Source: a virus. Taken from it: a DNA stretch of 64,000 bases. The stretch spans positions 43,267 to 107,266 of IMG/VR virus record IMGVR_UViG_3300017766_003987. One strand, written 5' to 3'. Every line of letters starts with the position of its first letter. Within the stretch, counting starts at the first letter, position 1. The position numbers were made by a program, and so were the translations under genes. Below the pieces are notes generated by a model. The model saw nothing but the letters and a program-made list of their open reading frames with translations, was not told the origin of the DNA and did no database searches. Shown piece after piece: positions 57,444 to 64,000 of this stretch.

Positions 57444-57473
57444 TTGAGTCCCCGGTTAAAAGATCGTTATTAG

Positions 57474-57509
57474 AAAAATGGGCGGGGGACTCGAAAGTCT
57501 CCCCGCCCA
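57474..57509 (-). terminator. intrinsic terminator after the capsid gene
   Basis: TGGGCGGGG/CCCCGCCCA stem plus U5. Confidence 0.8.
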
Positions 57510-57534
57510 CTCGCTTCCGACTGCCCGTCGAAAC

Positions 57535-59538
57535 TTACGAAGCAGGAACCGCGCCACCCCAGGTCACGCCAGTCAGGTAGGCCGCAGCCGACGCCCGACG
57601 ACGCATCCAGTTGATGGTCCGCTCAGCACGCAGACCAACCAGGTTGTTCTGCCAGAGCGACACGAGCGCCACACCGGTACCCGCGAGCGAGTCCTGAGTG
57701 AGGGACGAGTCCTTCATCTCGAGCGAAGCTTCGCGCGACATGTCGACCGAGATGCCGCCTTCGTCCGCCTCGTAGATGTCCGAAGCATTAACCAGCGCCA
57801 CGACGGTGCCGGCGTACTGCGAGACGATCACCGGGAGACCTTCGAAGGTACCGCCCATCATCGTGATGCCCGGGAACTCACGCTGGCCGAGCGGGTTGAG
57901 GATGAGCGAGAGCGCCAGAGCGTTCGTGCTCGACATGATCCACACGCCGGATTCCGGCGGGTTGTTCGCGTCGATGAACTTCTGGAACACAGCGCGCACC
58001 GCCAGACGAACGTCGTCCGCATCGGTATACGTCGGAGCCACGATGGCCGAGGCGCCGTTGAGCACTGAAGCCGGCTTCACGCCCGACGAACCTGCGTTCG
58101 TCGGATCGATGAACGCCAGATCCTGCGTCTCGACCAGAGCATCACGGAGAGCATCACGGACGATGGCTTCCGAACTCGGATTCGAGCTGCGGATGTTCTC
58201 TTCCGTGAGGACAGCGATGTTGGCGACCTTCAGGGGCTCGATGGTCGTGCGGCTGAAGTTGAACGCAGTCAGCGGCTTCGGCTTGCCTTCACCGACCCAG
58301 TAGCCCGAACCACCCCCAGTCTGGGAGATGAGGGGCTCACGGAACGGCACCTGGCGAAGCGACGGGATGCCACCCTGACCGAACTTGCCGAGGATCGTTG
58401 CCGGACGAAGGAAAGCAACGAAGTCAGCGAACGCCGAAGTCTCTTCACCGACGAGTGCCGAAGCCCAGTTGCCAGAAGTGGTCGAGCCGGCGACAACGGC
58501 GGCCTTCGCGATAGCGAATGCTTCCGAGTCTTCGCCGTACATCTGCTTGGCGGCATCAGCGAAGGACAAATTGTCCAGACGCGAGACCGCACGAGCCTTG
58601 GCGATACGGGTGAAACGAAGGCCCGGCGCCACGTTCTTCTTCAGGGTCACAGCAGCGAGCGGATTGGAACGATCCGCCTGGAGCTGAACCTGCGGCTGTA
58701 CGCCACGTTCGACGGTGGTCACCGGCGAAGCGGAACCAGCCATTGCCTTCTCGAGAGCCTTGAGGCGCTTGATATCGGCGTCGAGCGACTCGACTTCGGA
58801 AGCGGTGTTGTCGAACTCTTCCGACTCCGCGGCATCCGTCGAACGACCTTCATCGATGCTCTTCTGCATGATGGAGGCCATCTTGTCGGCCTTACCCTTG
58901 CGGGTGGCTTCCAGAGCAGCAAGCTGCTCAGCAATAGTCTTCATTTCAATGCCCTCCTGTGGGCGCAACGTGACGGACCGGCTTGGTCCGTTCTGGATGG
59001 TCTTAGTGGTCCCCGAAGCGCCGGGGGAGGTACTCGTCAGTAGAATTCCTTTGCTCGTCGGAGCAGGAACGCCAATGTCGAATTTCTTGACCGAGGTGAT
59101 GGTCGCTTCAGCATTCGCGGGGATCGTCACCGCGCTCAACTCAAGCCACTCCCACTCGGAGTATTCAACGCCCCAAGTGCCGGCGATATCCGACCACTTG
59201 AGACCGCGGAAGCCGATGGACAGGCCACGAACCAGCCCAGCCTTCAGAAGCGCCCATGCCTCTTCGATGTACTCGGTGACACCCGAGGCAATCTCAGCGA
59301 CAATCTCGATCCCGTTCTTGGTGATCGTCGCTTCAACGATACTGCCAATGGGCTTGCCGGCGTTATGCTGCCAGAGGAGCGGGAGGGGAAGCTTGAACTT
59401 CGCGCCTTCAGGAAGAACGACGTCTTCCATACGGTCGGGAGCGGGAGTTGACGCAATACCGCGAAGAATGCGCTTGCCATTGTCTTCGCCAATGGATTTG
59501 ATCTCCATCAAGGAATATGCACGGCCGGTCTTCTTCAT
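57535..59538 (-). CDS. prohead protease - major capsid protein fusion (HK97 fold)
   Basis: PLLWQH, GLSIGF and ELSAVTIPAN protease motifs; WVGEG..KP and SLWQNNLVGLRAE capsid motifs. Confidence 0.92.
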   Translation of the reverse strand: MKKTGRAYSLMEIKSIGEDNGKRILRGIASTPAPDRMEDVVLPEGAKFKLPLPLLWQHNAGKPIGSIVEATITKNGIEIVAEIASGVTEYIEEAWALLKAGLVRGLSIGFRGLKWSDIAGTWGVEYSEWEWLELSAVTIPANAEATITSVKKFDIGVPAPTSKGILLTSTSPGASGTTKTIQNGPSRSVTLRPQEGIEMKTIAEQLAALEATRKGKADKMASIMQKSIDEGRSTDAAESEEFDNTASEVESLDADIKRLKALEKAMAGSASPVTTVERGVQPQVQLQADRSNPLAAVTLKKNVAPGLRFTRIAKARAVSRLDNLSFADAAKQMYGEDSEAFAIAKAAVVAGSTTSGNWASALVGEETSAFADFVAFLRPATILGKFGQGGIPSLRQVPFREPLISQTGGGSGYWVGEGKPKPLTAFNFSRTTIEPLKVANIAVLTEENIRSSNPSSEAIVRDALRDALVETQDLAFIDPTNAGSSGVKPASVLNGASAIVAPTYTDADDVRLAVRAVFQKFIDANNPPESGVWIMSSTNALALSLILNPLGQREFPGITMMGGTFEGLPVIVSQYAGTVVALVNASDIYEADEGGISVDMSREASLEMKDSSLTQDSLAGTGVALVSLWQNNLVGLRAERTINWMRRRASAAAYLTGVTWGGAVPAS

Positions 59539-59549
59539 TCAGAATCTCC

Positions 59550-61133
59550 TCAGATGACTAACATCTGATAGGTCGGTGTGCGCTCTGCAGTTTCTTCTTC
59601 AGGAACCACGCCTCGAGCCATTGTCAAAGCAATCATTCCGTCGATCCGTCCTGAGGACTTGCCTTTAACCAACTTACGGTTTTCGGCGGGGTCCCTAACA
59701 ACTACTGCGTTATTTGCACATAGGGTTAACACGGGGTGGCCGCCATGGGCAAGCCTCTCATTCAAAATATCGGCTTCCAATGCACGTAAAGCAGGGGACA
59801 TTGACGAAAAACCCTGTCCAAACTGAACAAAAAGAGTTTCGTCCACCTGTTTTTCGGTGAAACCTGCCTTGATCAGGTAAGGTCGGAGGTGCTTAAAGTT
59901 CCATCTGTCGAATGCGACCTTCTTCAGGTTCGGGTAATCTGTGAACCGCTGGAATAGATGATACGCAACGAATTCGTAGTCGATTGACTTGCCCGGCGTC
60001 AGCTCCAGGTAGCCTGCATCGTGCCAAAGGTCCCAAGGAACACGGTCTGCTTTCGAGCGTTCAGCGATTCCGTATTCTGGCAACCAGAATGTCGGAAGGA
60101 CGTTCCAAATGTCGGATCCCTTCTCGACCTTACCAATCGAGACTTCGCACGTAAGATCGTTGACTTCCGACAAGTCGAGACCCATGTAGATCTCAGTGTC
60201 CTTATGAAACGGAAGAAGCGTACCTGTGCAAGCCTTCCAAACCGACTTGCTAATGAAAGGCGACTTAGCTTCTACTCGCTGGTTAAGGAACAGCCAGCGG
60301 AACGAGTTTTCGGACGACGGCATACGAATTGCACGTTGCGCGAATTCTGCCAGCTCACTTGTGGATCGAAACTCGCCCATCGCCGGGTTAGCAGCTAGCC
60401 AAGCCTTCGGATCATCGAGCTCACAATTCGGGGGTGCTGCGTAGACGTGCGAAACGATCTTTGGATCTTTACTCGTCTCGGCGTCATCAATCCAAATCGA
60501 GAACATATCGCCGTCGGTCGCTGCCTGCGTCGAAATGGCGAGCAAGAGTGCGCTGTCCTCATACGCGCCCTGAGCAGTCTCGATGGCCTCAACGAAAGCG
60601 TCGTAAGGACCCTTGACTTGACCAACCTCATCCAGGATCGCGAGAATAGGCGAAAGACCGTGCGCCGTACCAGCTTCGGCCGAGACAGCGACGTATTCAA
60701 CATTCATCGGCAATCCGATAAGCGTCTTATCCGACGGAACCGGACGAACGAGACGTTTCAAGTCTTCGTTCTGAATAACCATCTTGTAAGCGAGCTTAAA
60801 GATAATGGCTGCTTGACGACGTGAACGCGCACCGGAAATGATCTGGGAATTCTGCTTCGCTTCAGGCCCGACCAAATGCCCGAGCAGCAACGCAGCAATG
60901 AGCGCGGACTTTCCATTCTTACGACCGATGGAGAGATAACCACGAGCCGTCTTTGCAGGGTTGTCATAAACGTCGAGAATAAATTTGCGTTGAAATCCAA
61001 GTAGCTTTAAAGGCTTACCGACAAGGTTACCCTCCGGCACGCGGCAGTATTTCTCAATAAACGCGATCATGCGTTCGCCACGTGTCCGCTTCTTGGGCGG
61101 AGCTATGGGTGAGCGAACGTCTTCAGCTAGCAT
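59550..61133 (-). CDS. terL: terminase large subunit
   Basis: GRKNGKS, ILDEVG, GLDLS, FDRW and RIDGMIAL motifs. Confidence 0.95.
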   Translation of the reverse strand: MLAEDVRSPIAPPKKRTRGERMIAFIEKYCRVPEGNLVGKPLKLLGFQRKFILDVYDNPAKTARGYLSIGRKNGKSALIAALLLGHLVGPEAKQNSQIISGARSRRQAAIIFKLAYKMVIQNEDLKRLVRPVPSDKTLIGLPMNVEYVAVSAEAGTAHGLSPILAILDEVGQVKGPYDAFVEAIETAQGAYEDSALLLAISTQAATDGDMFSIWIDDAETSKDPKIVSHVYAAPPNCELDDPKAWLAANPAMGEFRSTSELAEFAQRAIRMPSSENSFRWLFLNQRVEAKSPFISKSVWKACTGTLLPFHKDTEIYMGLDLSEVNDLTCEVSIGKVEKGSDIWNVLPTFWLPEYGIAERSKADRVPWDLWHDAGYLELTPGKSIDYEFVAYHLFQRFTDYPNLKKVAFDRWNFKHLRPYLIKAGFTEKQVDETLFVQFGQGFSSMSPALRALEADILNERLAHGGHPVLTLCANNAVVVRDPAENRKLVKGKSSGRIDGMIALTMARGVVPEEETAERTPTYQMLVI

Positions 61134-61169
61134 AGTTACTAATCACTCGTCCACAGGAAGCAGCGGGGC

Positions 61170-61613
61170 TCAATCGTCGTTGGCTTCTGCCTGTTTGTCA
61201 CCACCTTCTCGGAAGATGACAATAGTTTGAGGTTTCAACTGATCCCAGTGGGTATATTGCTTTCGAGTGGATGGATCAAAAATAGTCTCGCTTGTGCCGT
61301 CGCAATAGACGTGATGCCATCCGTTTTCTTTGTTTAAGCTTGGAACTGAGAGTAGCGCCCGCCTACCCCAAGCGATCCCAAGAAAGTATTCCGGCGATAT
61401 TTCATATCCTTTGCGAAGCTCAATAAAATCGTCCTCACCGAATCCGAGCTTCTTCAACGCGCCGTGAACAGACCACATCCCTGAGCGATCACCAGCCGGC
61501 ACAAAGTCATCGCCTGCGGCTTCAAGCACCTCTTCGTATGGCCTGCCGGTAAGCATGGCCATACAACAGATCGAACAATCCGAAGTGAGGCGTTGTGGAA
61601 CATAGATGGTCAT
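61170..61613 (-). CDS. C39-like cysteine peptidase domain protein
   Basis: Q....DC..CCMAM and HHVY.D. Confidence 0.55.
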   Translation of the reverse strand: MTIYVPQRLTSDCSICCMAMLTGRPYEEVLEAAGDDFVPAGDRSGMWSVHGALKKLGFGEDDFIELRKGYEISPEYFLGIAWGRRALLSVPSLNKENGWHHVYCDGTSETIFDPSTRKQYTHWDQLKPQTIVIFREGGDKQAEANDD

Positions 61614-62125
61614 TCTGTGGATTCCTCTTCCTTCGCGTATGTGTGACCGATGGGGTTGCGAAGTTTGTCGTGCTGCTTATTCCCCCAACTAGTCGGTTGG
61701 AACTGAAAGTCAACAGGTTTGCCGATGTTGAGCGTCTGCGTGAGCCAGTTGCTAATCAGGGAAGTCATCAGAAGCCAGCGGATATCTTGCTCCCAATGCC
61801 CGGAAAGGCTCGAGTGGACGTCCGGAAACAGCACGCGAAAATCTTCGTCAGAAATCATCATCCTGATATCGACGTCCCGGAAATCAGGGCGTTCAAGGAC
61901 TGACCCCACGACGTAGCAACGCCCCGGGAAAGCGCGGTTTAAATGTTTGCAGGCGAGCTCAAGGGTGAAGCAGGCGGGTGCGCCGAGGTAGTTCCATTTC
62001 TTTCGCGGCTCAGGGGGAGCTTCGCTCACGCTATCTTCAATAGGAACACTCTCGTTTTTCAGAGAGGAAAGTGGGAACGGGGCCGCGCCGAGGCGCGACA
62101 ATTGATCTTTATCCCGGTCTATCAT
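61610..62125 (-). CDS. minimal nucleotidyltransferase-like protein
   Basis: YVVGS....D.RDVDIR (Pol-beta superfamily motif). Confidence 0.6.
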   Translation of the reverse strand: MIDRDKDQLSRLGAAPFPLSSLKNESVPIEDSVSEAPPEPRKKWNYLGAPACFTLELACKHLNRAFPGRCYVVGSVLERPDFRDVDIRMMISDEDFRVLFPDVHSSLSGHWEQDIRWLLMTSLISNWLTQTLNIGKPVDFQFQPTSWGNKQHDKLRNPIGHTYAKEEESTE

Positions 62126-62332
62126 TTGAAAAGTGCCCTTTTTCGCATACGACGCATCTCGACTGCTTCGAAGGCACGCCGCTCTTGCCGGTTCATCTTG
62201 TCAAGAGTTTTGTGCGTGACTTCGTTACGCTTTGCACTCTTGCCAGGAATCGGATACAGAATAGGCTCTTCGTACTCAACGGGGTGCACGCTTGTCGGCG
62301 ACGAAACGGTCTGACTGGGTAGCGGAACCATG

Positions 62333-62602
62333 TTAAGCCGGTGTGTCGGGATCATCGAGACCGAACGCTTCAGCGACCTTAGGACGGTCCTGCTCTTCAA
62401 GCCGTTCGTTGATCTGGTTCAGATCAGCAGCAATACCGCCGATCAGATCGATAAAGGCCGCAGCGAATGCGGTACCGTGCATAGCTGCATCTTCGGCGGA
62501 TACTTCGGTAACACTCTCGTTTGCTATCTTACGCACGAAAGTCAAGCTGTCACGCATCTGGTTAAGGGTACGCGTGATCTCTTTACGTCGGAATTCACTC
62601 AT
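62333..62602 (-). CDS. hypothetical protein
   Basis: GAGGA SD before MSEFRR. Confidence 0.55.
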   Translation of the reverse strand: MSEFRRKEITRTLNQMRDSLTFVRKIANESVTEVSAEDAAMHGTAFAAAFIDLIGGIAADLNQINERLEEQDRPKVAEAFGLDDPDTPA

Positions 62603-62631
62603 GTTAAGTCCTCTCATCCACAGGAAGGGGC

Positions 62632-63012
62632 TCAGCCCAGATCAATCGCTCGCATGATGGGGTCGACTTCTCGAGGTTCACCCCAAACCGCTTTCTCGAG
62701 TTCTTCGAATGGAACAGCGCGTTCAAAGCGACCGTCAAGGAACTCAGTTAAAGGCCGAACCCAAATCCGGCTGTCCAAAACGCTTTGATAGATCGCTACT
62801 ACGTCGCCGGTTCGAATGTACTCTTTACATTGAGTTAAGACTTGGATGCTTGTGACACCATACCAAAATGCGTGTCGAACATGCCAAATGCCGGGTACAA
62901 TCTCAGCAACGTAAACAGCCGAAAGGTCTCGAGCGGGATCAATGCTCACGAAAGTGCCGTAAGCCATCAGTTCGTATTCGCCACCACTCTTCTTGTGCCG
63001 ATAACGGGTCAT
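62632..63012 (-). CDS. DUF1653-like protein
   Basis: YRHKKSGGEY...VAIYQS...IWVRPLTEF..RFE. Confidence 0.65.
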   Translation of the reverse strand: MTRYRHKKSGGEYELMAYGTFVSIDPARDLSAVYVAEIVPGIWHVRHAFWYGVTSIQVLTQCKEYIRTGDVVAIYQSVLDSRIWVRPLTEFLDGRFERAVPFEELEKAVWGEPREVDPIMRAIDLG

Positions 63013-63224
63013 TTGGTCGGGTCCTTGAATGTGCGCTTCCCACAATGAGTGCACGTCCACTCTTTGGTATGTCCTAGTTGCAACCGTTCATCGCCGTAGA
63101 TGCCTCTCGAGCTCCAAATGTGAGGGCATAGCGATTCTTGCAGCCAGTATGCTAAATAGGAGAAAGAACTGGCAAGAAGCACAACCCCTATTGCGGTTAG
63201 TATGAAGAAAGTTGTGTCGGACAT
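63009..63224 (-). CDS. small membrane protein with Zn-ribbon
   Basis: TM segment plus CPH..CTHCGK. Confidence 0.5.
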   Translation of the reverse strand: MSDTTFFILTAIGVVLLASSFSYLAYWLQESLCPHIWSSRGIYGDERLQLGHTKEWTCTHCGKRTFKDPTK

Positions 63225-63399
63225 TCTGGGCTCGGGGCGCGGGAAATCAGAGGCGACAATACCGAGATCATCACCGCCTCTGCAAGGTGCGCAGCAGGCG
63301 CTAGCTGCGGTTCCTCTTCAGCCGCTTGGTTGCCAGATCAAGTCGCCAGCCGATGTAAAGCTGAACCAGAATACCGAAAATGGATTTGAACATCTCAGC

Positions 63400-63891
63400 T
63401 CATCCGTCCAGCTCAGCTGGTCTAGAGAGCAACTCGTCTTCGTCCTCGAGCGGGTTGTTTTCTTGGACATTCTTTGCCGCAGCACTTGTGCGTCCAGCAG
63501 CACGGTTATCTCCAGCCTTGCCGCGAGCGTGGAGAGCTAGGGATCGACGCATAGCCAGGATAGTGCTAGAGCACATTTGGATGATGGTCTTACGGGGGTT
63601 AACTACGGGTGTTCCCTTCTCCGTAACTAGGATCGAACCCTCTGCGCGGAGATCAATACTCTCTCGGGTGAGGTCAGCCATGTTACGAGCGAGGATAGCA
63701 GCTAATTCTAACTGGTGCGAAGTCCATTCAGATTTGGCAAACTCATCGATAACCGAGTAGAAGAACGGTAGATCGATATCGTCCAAAGGCACGTTGGCGG
63801 GTGGAGTGATGGGTCCGGTTTTGGCCAGAGCGGCCATCATTCGTACTTGTTCCTCCGCGCTGTCCACGCGAGGCTTTCTCTCGTCTGTCAT
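63400..63891 (-). CDS. terS: terminase small subunit (P27-like)
   Basis: EGSILVTEKGTPVVNPR..RRSLAL; upstream of terL. Confidence 0.8.
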   Translation of the reverse strand: MTDERKPRVDSAEEQVRMMAALAKTGPITPPANVPLDDIDLPFFYSVIDEFAKSEWTSHQLELAAILARNMADLTRESIDLRAEGSILVTEKGTPVVNPRKTIIQMCSSTILAMRRSLALHARGKAGDNRAAGRTSAAAKNVQENNPLEDEDELLSRPAELDG

Positions 63892-64000
63892 ATCCGGCTT
63901 CCTAGCACCTGGTTATCCATGATTTTCGCACTTTATACCCGGGCGGCCTGAGTTCGCAAGGGAAAAATGGGAAAAGTACTATATTTACGGGAAGTCGCCG

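Noticed and set aside
1-64000. Genome-wide TAG recoding, or integrase/lysogeny module
   Set aside because: Core genes are intact in the standard code and several end in TAG; no integrase or repressor pair was seen in this window.

Overview
This window is most of a tailed dsDNA phage genome (siphovirus layout, HK97-type head; GTA-like tail genes suggest an alphaproteobacterial host, which is inference). The + strand (1-29.6 kb) carries early and replication genes: a 7-deazaguanine DNA-modification set (queC, queD, folE, DpdA/TGT-like), RtcB, a DenV-like glycosylase, PnuC, NadR, MazG, a beta clamp, a family-B polymerase and many small ORFs. The - strand (29.6-64 kb) carries lysis, tail, head and terminase genes, with a glycosyltransferase/PRTase/methyltransferase block inside the head module. 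The non-coding DNA is unusually rich in RNA elements: three canonical tRNAs, a type I hammerhead ribozyme, several ornate structured RNAs and an insertion-bearing tRNA-like gene. The main finding is a - strand unit at 16748-17405. A D-arm-deficient tRNA with an 8-nt anticodon loop (UCUA) lies just upstream of a mini-leader AUG-ACC-UAGA. Reading UAGA as four bases (+1 shift) yields an arrest-peptide-like RIRSPP, which ends at a hairpin hiding the Shine-Dalgarno (SD) of a 146-aa gene. This is a candidate natural quadruplet-decoding / ribosome-stalling switch. All protein calls come from motif recognition by eye; no database searches or folding programs were run.
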